This document shows, in pieces, positions 54,918 through 63,780 of a stretch of DNA of 64,000 nt. The position numbers and the translations under genes were made by a program. How positions within the stretch are numbered: the stretch's first letter is position 1; each line of letters starts with the position of its first letter. The notes beneath the pieces were generated by a model that was not told the DNA's origin, made no database searches, and saw only the letters and a list, made by a program, of their open reading frames with translations. The stretch is taken from IMG/VR virus record IMGVR_UViG_3300043773_002546, positions 32,001 to 96,000 of that record; one strand, 5' to 3'. Origin of the DNA: a virus.

Positions 54918-55658
54918 ATGACACCACTCGAAGAACAACTAGCCCATACTACCGAGTTTGCCAGGCGTCATTACGGCGACCGGCCGTCGATTTACGGGCG
55001 CTCGCTGTTTGCTCACTGCCAGGCGGTATCCAGGTTTGCCGAACACATCGCCCAGAAGCTTTACCAAGACGTTCGCGCCGAGTACACAAGCGCCGAGACC
55101 AACGAAACTCTTGCAGCCATCGTGCAAGGCGCTATGCTGCACGACGTCATCAATGTCAGTTGTGCATTCGAGGACGTAGCCGGGCACACCACAGTGCAGG
55201 TCGCCGCAATGGTGGCCGACTTGAGTCGCGATTACCGGCTTGTGGAAACCAAGCGCGATATGGAATTCCGCGGCAGGCTAAGCCAAAGCCCTGTAAGCAC
55301 GCAAATCGTCGCAGTCGCCGATATTGTTTGCTCGACCAAAGAGATTATTGCCATGCTCAACGCCGAAGGGCTTCCCGCGGTGCCACGCGCGAAAAAACTT
55401 CTGGCGCAGTTGGACGGCGATCTGCTTTCGGTGCACGCCGCAAACCTTTATTATGTCTTGCGCATGTATGTACATGCGGGTAGAAACATGATGCGAGAAG
55501 CAAGTCAGCTTATTAAAGACGTTCGCATCAAAGCCCGCACCGCGCAAAGCAACGCCGTGCTGCGCGCCAAGATCGCGGCCAAGCTCAACGCCAAGCCAGA
55601 GAAGGAAGTACCGGAGAAGAAACATGGCAAAAAGCGAACTACTCGACGCGATTCGTGA
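54918..55658 (+). CDS. HD-domain protein, Mesh1/SpoT-hydrolase-like, degenerate
   Basis: H...HC..V...AMLHDVI...VAAMVADLS...IVAVADI; lacks ED after HD and the K/N of KxAD..N. Confidence 0.6.
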   Translation: MTPLEEQLAHTTEFARRHYGDRPSIYGRSLFAHCQAVSRFAEHIAQKLYQDVRAEYTSAETNETLAAIVQGAMLHDVINVSCAFEDVAGHTTVQVAAMVADLSRDYRLVETKRDMEFRGRLSQSPVSTQIVAVADIVCSTKEIIAMLNAEGLPAVPRAKKLLAQLDGDLLSVHAANLYYVLRMYVHAGRNMMREASQLIKDVRIKARTAQSNAVLRAKIAAKLNAKPEKEVPEKKHGKKRTTRRDS

Positions 55659-55947
55659 CGCATTTGAAATTGCGCAACCCAGCGTAGATGCGCTTGCGAT
55701 TAGCGCGTTTTGTGACTTCGCCGCCGACTGGCTGGCCAGGGCGGGCATCCTGGGCGTCGGGCACACGGCCAACGGCCTGGCCTTGCGGATGCGCGACGGT
55801 AGCGAAAAGCTTTTGGTGAACTTGGAACTCGAGCCCACCGTTGCGGATACTCCGGCGGTCGGCATCGGCGTCAACGGCGTCAGCGCCAGGCAGGGGATCG
55901 GCGGCGGGGAAGCACCCAGCATCCGTATCACCGGCCGTTCTCAATGA
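55624..55947 (+). CDS. hypothetical protein
   Basis: In-chain; its stop codon lies inside a palindrome copy. Confidence 0.55.
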   Translation: MAKSELLDAIRDAFEIAQPSVDALAISAFCDFAADWLARAGILGVGHTANGLALRMRDGSEKLLVNLELEPTVADTPAVGIGVNGVSARQGIGGGEAPSIRITGRSQ

Positions 55948-55957
55948 TATCAATGAG
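55940..55957. repeat. dispersed palindrome copy 11
   Basis: CTCAATGATATCAATGAG, over a stop codon upstream of tmk. Confidence 0.9.
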
Positions 55958-55974
55958 ATAGAGAAAGGATTCTC

Positions 55975-56604
55975 GTGTTCGTTTGTTTCGAAGGCATTGA
56001 CGGCGCTGGGAAGACAACCCAGGCGCTAAACCTAGTCGAACGACTGAAGACCGAAGGAGTTCCTGCTGAGCGGGTCTTTGACCCCGGCACGACGCGCGTT
56101 GGACAGGCAATCCGCGAGATTCTCCTGAACAACGACGAGCCCATGTCGCGGATGGCGCAGATGCTTCTTTTCTCTGCGGCGCGCGCGGAGCTAGCCGAGC
56201 ATATCGCGCGGCAGGTGGCGCAAGGAGTAGTGGTTATCTGCGACCGCTGGCTGCTGTCTACTTTGGTCTATCAGGGACACGGAAACCAGATAGATCCGCA
56301 GCTGATCTTGTCTATTTACCGGGGCACGTCAGACATCGTGCCGGATTTGTGTTTCCTGCTCGACATAACCGCCGAAGAAGCCGCGCGCCGTGTTGGTCCG
56401 CCTCGCGACCGGTATGAGCGCAAAAGTCTTTCCGACCGGCAGGCTATGCGCGACGTGTACCGGCACTACGCCGAGCAAAACGCTGTGACAATAGCGCGGC
56501 AAATTCACATTCTAGACGCCAGCGCGGCGGAGCAAGATACGCACGCCGCGGTGTATAAGTTGTTTTGTCGCGCGCATACCGTTTGTCGTTCGAAACCTGT
56601 CTGA
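55975..56604 (+). CDS. tmk: thymidylate (dTMP) kinase
   Basis: FEGIDGAGKTTQ, LLFSAARAE, CDRW..STLVYQG, PDLCFLLD. Confidence 0.93.
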   Translation: MFVCFEGIDGAGKTTQALNLVERLKTEGVPAERVFDPGTTRVGQAIREILLNNDEPMSRMAQMLLFSAARAELAEHIARQVAQGVVVICDRWLLSTLVYQGHGNQIDPQLILSIYRGTSDIVPDLCFLLDITAEEAARRVGPPRDRYERKSLSDRQAMRDVYRHYAEQNAVTIARQIHILDASAAEQDTHAAVYKLFCRAHTVCRSKPV

Positions 56605-56616
56605 CCGGAGGATTGC

Positions 56617-57186
56617 ATGTCTGCTAGTGCTTTAGCGCTCCCACGTAAATGCAAAGACCTTAATAATCAGATGTTCTTCTCTTTTGCCGAGTCGCATCGA
56701 CCGGTCAAAAAAGCTGCCGGGCGAGAGAAGCCTAAAGTGGCGCGCAATGTTTTGAAAATGCCCGCCCCGGCCCAGGTTGCGCCAGACCCGGCAAAAACGC
56801 AGTTGGAAAGCGTTACAGAAATGTGCCGGATGCTGCACAAACTCGCCGCAAAATATATTCCGCGGACGGCTTTCGACGACTTTGAATACCTTGTTCAAGG
56901 GACAAAAGTTCTTCAAGAGCTGCAGGTTCCGTTGACGGTCGCAGAAAACCTCCAGGCGCCCGTAGCCGAACATAACTCCGCTGTCGTATTGCACGCGCCG
57001 CAATATCGTCTTTTACGCAATCGCGCTTTAGCTGCGCTGGCCACAATTGCAGATCTATCTAGTAAGACTCCGGCCAAAGGCTCGGGGGAGTATCAGAAAG
57101 GCATGCGAGACGGCTTTGATTACGCCAGCGATATCGCGATTTTTTTTCTTGAAGATATGGAAGCTGCTTTTTCGTTTCGGAGATAA
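56617..57186 (+). CDS. hypothetical protein
   Basis: SD GGAGG. Confidence 0.65.
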   Translation: MSASALALPRKCKDLNNQMFFSFAESHRPVKKAAGREKPKVARNVLKMPAPAQVAPDPAKTQLESVTEMCRMLHKLAAKYIPRTAFDDFEYLVQGTKVLQELQVPLTVAENLQAPVAEHNSAVVLHAPQYRLLRNRALAALATIADLSSKTPAKGSGEYQKGMRDGFDYASDIAIFFLEDMEAAFSFRR

Positions 57187-57193
57187 GTCAATC

Positions 57194-57502
57194 GTGTCTG
57201 ACATTAAGATAAGCACCGGCGATATGTTTGAGCTAGTGAACCCAATTCTGGCACAAGAAGGCGATGAAGCGCCCACGTTGCTGCTGGAAGCAGGTGTCTG
57301 GAAAACGAATGACGGCAGCAACAAAAGCGGAATCTCCGTATCGACCTTTGGCGAACTGGCGCCGCTGATCGAACCGCAAGACGCGCGACGGTTGGCCAAA
57401 TGGTTGCTCTCGGCTGCCGACGAGCTCAGCGGCGAGAAAAGACTTAAGAACCGCAAAGGCCCAAAACGCACGCATTACGAAGACGACGACGATAATTATT
57501 AG
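57194..57502 (+). CDS. hypothetical protein
   Basis: GTG start after GGAG; in-chain. Confidence 0.55.
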   Translation: MSDIKISTGDMFELVNPILAQEGDEAPTLLLEAGVWKTNDGSNKSGISVSTFGELAPLIEPQDARRLAKWLLSAADELSGEKRLKNRKGPKRTHYEDDDDNY

Positions 57503-57505
57503 CGC

Positions 57506-57533
57506 TTGACGCCTTTGCCGCGTCGCTCATAAT
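57506..57533 (+). promoter_or_regulatory. sigma70-like promoter
   Basis: TTGACG-16 bp-CATAAT. Confidence 0.55.
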
Positions 57534-57577
57534 CCGGGTTGGCACGAGGCCAGCCTTTTCTTTTCTTGGAGCTACTC

Positions 57578-57799
57578 ATGGATTGGACAAACGCTTTCGT
57601 TGCAATATGTAGCGCGGCGTTGGGAGCCGCAGCGCACGCGATTTATGCTGTTTGGTACCGCCGTAATTATTGGTCTGACTTTCACCTAGCCTTGCAGCAC
57701 GGCAAACGACGTCAAAACAGCATGCGCAAACGGGCGCCCGTCAAACGTAATCGGTTGCGGCACATAGCGCTTCGTTCTCTCCGGGACTTCGATGTCTAA
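57578..57799 (+). CDS. small membrane protein
   Basis: N-terminal hydrophobic helix, basic tail; SD GGAG. Confidence 0.55.
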   Translation: MDWTNAFVAICSAALGAAAHAIYAVWYRRNYWSDFHLALQHGKRRQNSMRKRAPVKRNRLRHIALRSLRDFDV

Positions 57800-58379
57800 G
57801 CTCTATTTTCGTTACGGCACTGTCAACTCCGCCAAAACACTTAATCTTTTGGCCGTTGCGCACAATTACCGACAACAGGGTAAACGAGCGTTGATCGTCA
57901 AACCCGCCGTGGACACCCGCTGGGGACGAGAATGGATCACCAGCCGCGCCGGGCCTAAAATGCCTGCGGACCTTGTCCTCGAAAGAAACAGCGTAATCAC
58001 CGCTGACGATTTGATGGCCGTTTCCTGTGTTCTTGTGGATGAGGCGCAATTTCTTTCGCTGTTTACCGTTGAGCAGCTGGCGTACATCGCACACCGTAAT
58101 CCGGGCATTCCGGTGATCTGCTACGGGCTGCGAACTGATTTCAAGACTCGGTTGTTTCCCGCCTCCGCGCGCCTTATGGAGTTAGCGGACTCAATCGAGG
58201 AGATTAAGACGACCTGTCAGTACTGCGAACGCAAAGCGATCTTCAACCTGAAGTTTGTCAACGGCGTCCCGACTCGCGAAGGTCCGTCTGTGGAGCTGGG
58301 CGCCGAGGAAAAGTACGCCCCGGCCTGCGCGCTGTGTTATGCCGAGCAGCACGCCGCGGTGACAACGCACTATGTCTGA
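57792..58379 (+). CDS. tdk: thymidine kinase
   Basis: YGTVNSAKT, LVDEAQF, CYGLRTDF, ADSIEEIK..CQYC, Y...C..CY. Confidence 0.93.
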   Translation: MSKLYFRYGTVNSAKTLNLLAVAHNYRQQGKRALIVKPAVDTRWGREWITSRAGPKMPADLVLERNSVITADDLMAVSCVLVDEAQFLSLFTVEQLAYIAHRNPGIPVICYGLRTDFKTRLFPASARLMELADSIEEIKTTCQYCERKAIFNLKFVNGVPTREGPSVELGAEEKYAPACALCYAEQHAAVTTHYV

Positions 58380-58662
58380 GCAAGCCATGCCCGTGCTGGT
58401 ATTTGTATTTCTTTTTTCGGTCGCGGTCTTGACATGCGTGTTTGGTTTGTCGCTGTACATAGATCGGGCCGCCAAGCATGCGAGCCGCGCGCGGGTGGCC
58501 GAGATGGAACGCCGCCGGGAAGAAGCTAACGCTTACTGGGCCCCACGGATTCAAGCGGCGCTGGAGCGGGAGGCCGCACAGCAAACGACCGTTATCGCCG
58601 TTGCGCCCGTGCCGGAGGCGGAACATAATGCCGGTCGCCGCCGCATACAGAAACTGGACTGA
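58372..58662 (+). CDS. small membrane protein
   Basis: VLVFVFLFSVAVLTCVFGLSLYI. Confidence 0.6.
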   Translation: MSEQAMPVLVFVFLFSVAVLTCVFGLSLYIDRAAKHASRARVAEMERRREEANAYWAPRIQAALEREAAQQTTVIAVAPVPEAEHNAGRRRIQKLD

Positions 58663-58664
58663 GC

Positions 58665-58850
58665 ATGGACGACGATATCGATAACGTAGCGCATAAGCCC
58701 ACTTACGAGGAGCTTTTGCGGGTCGTGAATTACATTGCCCGCTACAAAAGCTGGGACTTCCAAAAAGTGCGCGAACCATGGAAGTGGTGCAACGAGTTTA
58801 CTCATGTGGCTAGCGCTACCTTGAAAGGGGAGGAGACGTTTTGCGGATGA
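58665..58850 (+). CDS. hypothetical protein
   Basis: In-chain small ORF. Confidence 0.5.
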   Translation: MDDDIDNVAHKPTYEELLRVVNYIARYKSWDFQKVREPWKWCNEFTHVASATLKGEETFCG

Positions 58851-58952
58851 TTGCTGTCGTCACGCCCATCGAGCTGCTCGGGTTGTTTCTTTTTTTGTTG
58901 GTCGGCGCGTCGGTGCTTCACGGCGCCCTGACCGTGTCCCAGGAAAACGACT

Positions 58953-59153
58953 ATGAGCCACAAACAAGAGCAGCTGGCGCTGATTCTGGCCCGCCAGCTT
59001 CTAAACGCTCTTCGCGATCCAAACGCGCAGGCAACAATTCCGCTGCGCGTCCGCGAACAGGCCGCCGTCGTTCTGCGGCACTTTCCAAGCAACGCAAAGC
59101 TCGATCTTCTGTACGCCGCTGTAAAAAAGGCCCCACCCAATGACTTGCAATAA
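58953..59153 (+). CDS. BPSL0761-like protein (distant paralog of 14105)
   Basis: ARQLLNALRDP...TIPLRVREQAAVVLRHFP. Confidence 0.55.
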   Translation: MSHKQEQLALILARQLLNALRDPNAQATIPLRVREQAAVVLRHFPSNAKLDLLYAAVKKAPPNDLQ

Positions 59154-59589
59154 CAAAAACTGTGGTTGCGCAAAGCGGGCACAGCCACGCGAAGAGCTGA
59201 TCGACATGTCGGCCATTACGGCCCTTGGCGATATTGGCGCTGAGGCATTGCGCGGTCTTTTGGCGGTAGCCCGTAGCGGACTAACTGGACTCGCTAAGCT
59301 CGACCTTCCCGCAGGAGAACTGCGCACGCTGGCCCGCACGATTGCCGTTCTTTACGAAGAGCGCAACAGACTGCAAAATCTTTTGGCATCCATGGAGACT
59401 GTTGACGGCATCAACGTTGCAAGCGGCCCGACTGACGTAAAGATCGGCTTCGGCCCGGACAAGAAATACACGCTGATCATTCCCGTCACAGGGGCAATCG
59501 CCAAGCAGGAGCTAGCCACAGGTTTGCGCAACGTGGCCGACGTGCTCGCTCCGGATCCGCGTCAAATGCCGCTGCCTTTGGAATACTGA
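59140..59589 (+). CDS. hypothetical protein
   Basis: In-chain ORF. Confidence 0.6.
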   Translation: MTCNNKNCGCAKRAQPREELIDMSAITALGDIGAEALRGLLAVARSGLTGLAKLDLPAGELRTLARTIAVLYEERNRLQNLLASMETVDGINVASGPTDVKIGFGPDKKYTLIIPVTGAIAKQELATGLRNVADVLAPDPRQMPLPLEY

Positions 59590-60644
59590 TGAGCGATCCA
59601 GCGCATGATCTGGCTCTGCTGCACCACGCGTTCTACGTCGGCGAACTAGAAGTAGGCCGCCGGGCGGCAGAGCGGTTGTTGCGCCAGGACCTGCCTGAAG
59701 ACAGCGCAACGCGGGCCCGCCACAACCGCACCTTCTACACACCGACGCTGGCCGAGCTGGGCCCGGTTGAATTCAGGCGCATTGATATCAAACCGGCTTA
59801 TCACGGTTGGAGCCTGTTCAACCCCACGCTCCTGAACAACAACGGCAAGCTCGTGGGACTGGTCCGCTCGAGCAACTACACCATGAAGGGCATGCAGTAC
59901 ATCATGCCGCCCGCGGACAAGGGCGTCATCCGCACCATCAGCATTTTCGTCGAGTACGCCCCAGACTTCAGCGTGGCCGCGTCTCATGCCTTGGCCGACC
60001 CCGACTACCCGCGGACAACCTTCGCCGTGGATGGCCTGGAGGATTGTCGCTTGTACGCTCGCGGCGACGCTCTTTATGTCTCGGCTACCGTGCGGAACTT
60101 TGCCCCCTATGACGGCAACTGCCGCATCGGCACGGCACGGCTGGACACGGCGGGGAAACGCTACTGCGAACTGGAGGTTCCCGCCGCGCCTGGCTCGCAG
60201 CACGAGAAGAACTGGATGCCGGTGATAGGCCAGGATTGCTGGCTTTATGCCTGCAATCAAAACGACAAAACTTTCTTGGCCCGCCGTAAAGGCGTTAACT
60301 GGGAACTTGTGAGCACGGGCCCGGCACCAATCGTGGCGCGCTCGTTTCGCGGTGGCGCGCAATTAGTGCCATTCGGCGGCGGTTATCTCTGCGCCATTCA
60401 CGAGGTTACGCACGGCGACAACAGACGGACTTATGAGCACCGGTTTGTGTGGTTTGACGATCAACTGCGCGTCAAGAAACTCAGCGCGCCTTTTTACTTT
60501 CGCAACAAACGGCAAATTGAGTTTGCGGCTGGCTTGGCCGTTATTGGCGATCAAGTCGTACTGTCGTTCGGCTATCAGGACAAAGAAGCGTGGCTGGCAA
60601 TTTTAAGCGCCCAGGCCGTTTCGGAACGATTGTCGCCGGTGTAA
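59589..60644 (+). CDS. five-bladed beta-propeller glycosidase/phosphorylase-like protein (GH130-like) with TPR-like N-terminus
   Basis: FNPTL, GLEDCRL, EKNWMP, FRGGAQ, YEHRFV, IEFAAGL. Confidence 0.65.
   Translation: MSDPAHDLALLHHAFYVGELEVGRRAAERLLRQDLPEDSATRARHNRTFYTPTLAELGPVEFRRIDIKPAYHGWSLFNPTLLNNNGKLVGLVRSSNYTMKGMQYIMPPADKGVIRTISIFVEYAPDFSVAASHALADPDYPRTTFAVDGLEDCRLYARGDALYVSATVRNFAPYDGNCRIGTARLDTAGKRYCELEVPAAPGSQHEKNWMPVIGQDCWLYACNQNDKTFLARRKGVNWELVSTGPAPIVARSFRGGAQLVPFGGGYLCAIHEVTHGDNRRTYEHRFVWFDDQLRVKKLSAPFYFRNKRQIEFAAGLAVIGDQVVLSFGYQDKEAWLAILSAQAVSERLSPV
59778..59795. repeat. dispersed palindrome copy 12
   Basis: CGCATTGATATCAAACCG. Confidence 0.75.
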
Positions 60645-60646
60645 GC

Positions 60647-61459
60647 ATGCGCTATTTTGTTTCTAAGACCAGTACGGACGGGTTGGGAAACGTCCTGAAG
60701 GCCTACATCTCGATCCTCAGCATCAACCCGCGCAGCTATATCGTCTGCAATCCGGATTTCATGTACGGCGCCTACGATACGCTGTTGGCGCCAAAACACA
60801 TCTTCGATTTTTCCGATCCTTCTCCAGCGATATGGCATTACGGCTGGCGTTTGTGCGTCCTGCACGAGGAAACCAAGCAGCAACGACATTGTTCAAACGA
60901 ATGCGACAAATGGCCCGGTTTTGATAACCCTTATTTCCTGCGCCATTTCAGCCCGCGCGTGCACATCGACCATACGTACAACGCCCAGCGCATCAGCGCG
61001 CCCGTAAAAGAACGCATTTTGTCGGCGATCGCCCAGTTGCGGTTTTTACCGCCCGTCTTGGAACAGGCAAACGCCTGGCGGCAGGAAATCGGCGACGAAC
61101 CCGCGCTAGCTGTAGCGGTGCGCACGTGGAAAGCAAAGCACGAACACAACGTTGACCGCAATTACTCACAGTCAGCGTATCGAAAAGCCATCGCGGCCAA
61201 CCTTGCAGGTTTATCTACGGTGGTCTTGTCTGCGGACACTGATGACACGCTGGACGAGTACGCGCGCTGGTTAGCGGCGTTTTCCGTGCGCGTTGTTAAG
61301 CTGCACCAGGCACCGCACATGAACGCACTGCAATCCGCAGCATCGAAAATGCTGGCGTTTGCGCATTGTTCCCGCCTAGTTGCCGCGTGGCTAAGCACGT
61401 ATACCGAGTTGATATGGTGGTTTGGCGGTTGCCAGGCGCGCGTGATTCCCGTTCAATAG
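60647..61459 (+). CDS. fucosyltransferase-like GT-B protein (GT11/GT23/NodZ-like)
   Basis: DGLGNVLK, ALAVAVRTW, VVLSAD, STYTELIWW. Confidence 0.5.
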   Translation: MRYFVSKTSTDGLGNVLKAYISILSINPRSYIVCNPDFMYGAYDTLLAPKHIFDFSDPSPAIWHYGWRLCVLHEETKQQRHCSNECDKWPGFDNPYFLRHFSPRVHIDHTYNAQRISAPVKERILSAIAQLRFLPPVLEQANAWRQEIGDEPALAVAVRTWKAKHEHNVDRNYSQSAYRKAIAANLAGLSTVVLSADTDDTLDEYARWLAAFSVRVVKLHQAPHMNALQSAASKMLAFAHCSRLVAAWLSTYTELIWWFGGCQARVIPVQ

Positions 61460-61463
61460 AACC

Positions 61464-63770
61464 ATGTCGCAGTTACAAGCATTTACAAACGTAGCCGGAC
61501 CCATAACGGTAGGGTTCAAGGGCGAGTTGGCGCGGCTGGCCGATCCGAACATCACGGACAAGGATACGGCCCACAGTTACTGCCCGGTATACGAGCAGGA
61601 ACTTGGGCGTTTGCGCCTAACCACAGGGCACGTGCTTGAAATTGGAGTGCAGCGCGGCGGTTCGGCCTGCATGTGGCTGCAGTATTTCGATTATGCAACT
61701 GTGCATGGCGTTGATATTTCGCCCAAACCGCAGTTGATGTTGCTGCACGATCCGCGCTACCAGCATCACCAAAAAGACGCCTACTCTGCAGATTTCGTTG
61801 CGTCTTTGCCGGACCTAATGGTAGCAATTGACGACGGGCCGCACACTGTCGAGTCGCAGCTGTCTTTTATTCGTCTGTACGGGCCAAAAATCGAACCGGC
61901 TGGTTTGCTAATCATCGAGGACATAGCGGCAGACGACGCTTTGCAACGCATCACAGCGCAGTTTGACGATCGCTGGGTCGTGCGCGTTTACGACCGTCGC
62001 GCGCTCACCAATCGGTTTGACGACGTAATACTGGTGGCGCAAAAAACGCAAGGTATGGTTGTGATGGTGGATGATCGCGGTTACGCGGATTTCATACAGG
62101 GCGCGGCCGCGCGGAACAAAGCTTTTGCCGACATGCACGGTCACGCGTTTCGGTTTTACCGTCCTGAAACCATAGTCTCTCCAGCGGGCCAGAAGCGGCA
62201 CCCAAGTTGGACAAAAATTATTGCCGTCGCGCACGCGCTACAGTCGGTTGATTGGGTTTTGTACATTGATTCTGACGCGGCCGTTGTCGCGCCGCGGCAA
62301 CCCGTCCCGATGCGCGAAAAATCTTGGTTCATTGCTGATCGGCCCTGGAACCGACAGTCTCCTAATGCGGGAATCTTTTTACTGCACAAGCGCGACTTAG
62401 CCTGGTTGCCGCAATGGTGGGAGTTTGACCTGCCCGAGCACGATAACAAACATTCCTGGGAGCAGGCGGCGTTGCAACGGTTGTGGGACACGTTACCGTT
62501 GGCGCTTTACAACGCGCCCCACGTGGAGATTGCTGACGAGCAGTGGGTGCGCCATTGCTATAACGAACAATCTAATCGCCGCAAGGATTTCTGCGTTGGC
62601 GCGCCCGTTGTGGCGCTGCCGGAGCCAATACCGTTTTCATGCACGCAACATGATGTTACGATTGGCGGCACTACATCTCCTTTTTACGCTCTCTGGAAAC
62701 AGCCACGCGCTATGAAAATCGCTGTTTACTCGCTGGCCAAGAACGAAGAGAAGCACGCTGCGGCCTGGGCGGAGTCTTGCAAAGAAGCTGACTACCGCGT
62801 GGTCACGGACACCGGTTCGGCCGACAAGACACCGGATATCCTGCGCGCAGCTGGCGTTAGTGTGTACACGGGCAACGTTGTGCCGTGGCGCTGGGACGAG
62901 GCCCATAACCTCTCCATGCACCATATACCCAGCGACGCCGACGTTTGCGTGCGCTTGGACTTGGACGAGCGTTTCAAACCTGGCTGGCGCGCGGCTATCG
63001 AGCAAGCCTGGAAGCCCGGCACGACCAAGCTACGGTACATGTACACCTGGAGCATGACGCCCGACGGTAAACCATTAAAGCGATTTCCCTCTGACCGCGT
63101 GCACAGTCGCTCGGGGTATCGCTGGACCGGAGCGACGCACGAAGGACTTGTGCGCTGGAATGGCGCGGAAGTATTCGCCTGGTCTGACGAGCTAGAAATT
63201 TTGCATCACCGCGATTTCGGCAAGAAACATAGCACAGACATGGAGCTCTTGCAGATCGCCGTGCGTGAAACGCCGCACGACGCTCGCATGTACTGGTATT
63301 TAGCGCGGCAAATGGACTATGAAAATCACACCGACACGGTCGCCACGTTTTTGAAGTACTTAGACATGCCCGGGGGTAGCTCAATCGAGCGAGCCTACGC
63401 TTGCCGCGTTTTGTCCCGTAGGCTGCCCGATAAAGCAGAATACTGGCTGCAGCGCGCCATTCAAGAAGATGCCGCTGGGCCTGATGGTTACTACGCCATG
63501 GCCAAATTGGCGCATCAAAATAAAAATCACTTAACAGCCTTCTACTACGGCAAGCAGGCCGCCGATAGAGCGGGCGCAAGCATGATGCACACCAGCGACA
63601 CAGAAGCGTTCAGCCACCTTCCGGCGGATATCACGAGCGTGAACGCGTTTCTCTTGGGGCTCAACAAAGAAGCCTTGCGCTACACCAAAATTGCGCTTGA
63701 GCGCAGCCCAAACGATGAGCGCCTCAAGCGCAATCTTGAGCAACTCTCGGAACAGCTCAAAGCTCATTGA
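61464..63770 (+). CDS. tri-domain fusion: class I SAM methyltransferase + GT34-like + GT2-TPR
   Basis: VLEIGVQRGGS, IDDGPH, IIEDI; SWTKII, YIDSDA, NAGIFL, WEQAAL; AKNEE, DTGSADKT, RLDLDE, TPR-like helices. Confidence 0.75.
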   Translation: MSQLQAFTNVAGPITVGFKGELARLADPNITDKDTAHSYCPVYEQELGRLRLTTGHVLEIGVQRGGSACMWLQYFDYATVHGVDISPKPQLMLLHDPRYQHHQKDAYSADFVASLPDLMVAIDDGPHTVESQLSFIRLYGPKIEPAGLLIIEDIAADDALQRITAQFDDRWVVRVYDRRALTNRFDDVILVAQKTQGMVVMVDDRGYADFIQGAAARNKAFADMHGHAFRFYRPETIVSPAGQKRHPSWTKIIAVAHALQSVDWVLYIDSDAAVVAPRQPVPMREKSWFIADRPWNRQSPNAGIFLLHKRDLAWLPQWWEFDLPEHDNKHSWEQAALQRLWDTLPLALYNAPHVEIADEQWVRHCYNEQSNRRKDFCVGAPVVALPEPIPFSCTQHDVTIGGTTSPFYALWKQPRAMKIAVYSLAKNEEKHAAAWAESCKEADYRVVTDTGSADKTPDILRAAGVSVYTGNVVPWRWDEAHNLSMHHIPSDADVCVRLDLDERFKPGWRAAIEQAWKPGTTKLRYMYTWSMTPDGKPLKRFPSDRVHSRSGYRWTGATHEGLVRWNGAEVFAWSDELEILHHRDFGKKHSTDMELLQIAVRETPHDARMYWYLARQMDYENHTDTVATFLKYLDMPGGSSIERAYACRVLSRRLPDKAEYWLQRAIQEDAAGPDGYYAMAKLAHQNKNHLTAFYYGKQAADRAGASMMHTSDTEAFSHLPADITSVNAFLLGLNKEALRYTKIALERSPNDERLKRNLEQLSEQLKAH

Positions 63771-63780
63771 TATCAATGAG
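63763..63780. repeat. dispersed palindrome copy 13 (perfect)
   Basis: CTCATTGATATCAATGAG, over a stop codon. Confidence 0.9.

Noticed and set aside
58841-59143. Membrane ORF overlapping the 58953 gene
   Set aside because: The hydrophobic N-terminus may be real, but the long low-complexity tail overlaps a better-supported ORF; left uncalled
940-63632. Other GATATC hexamers (e.g. 940, 5459, 6665, 10321, 12449, 13900, 52142, 57130)
   Set aside because: Lack the WT...AW flanks and CTCA/TGAG arms, so not counted; 940 and 6665 share only a partial right arm
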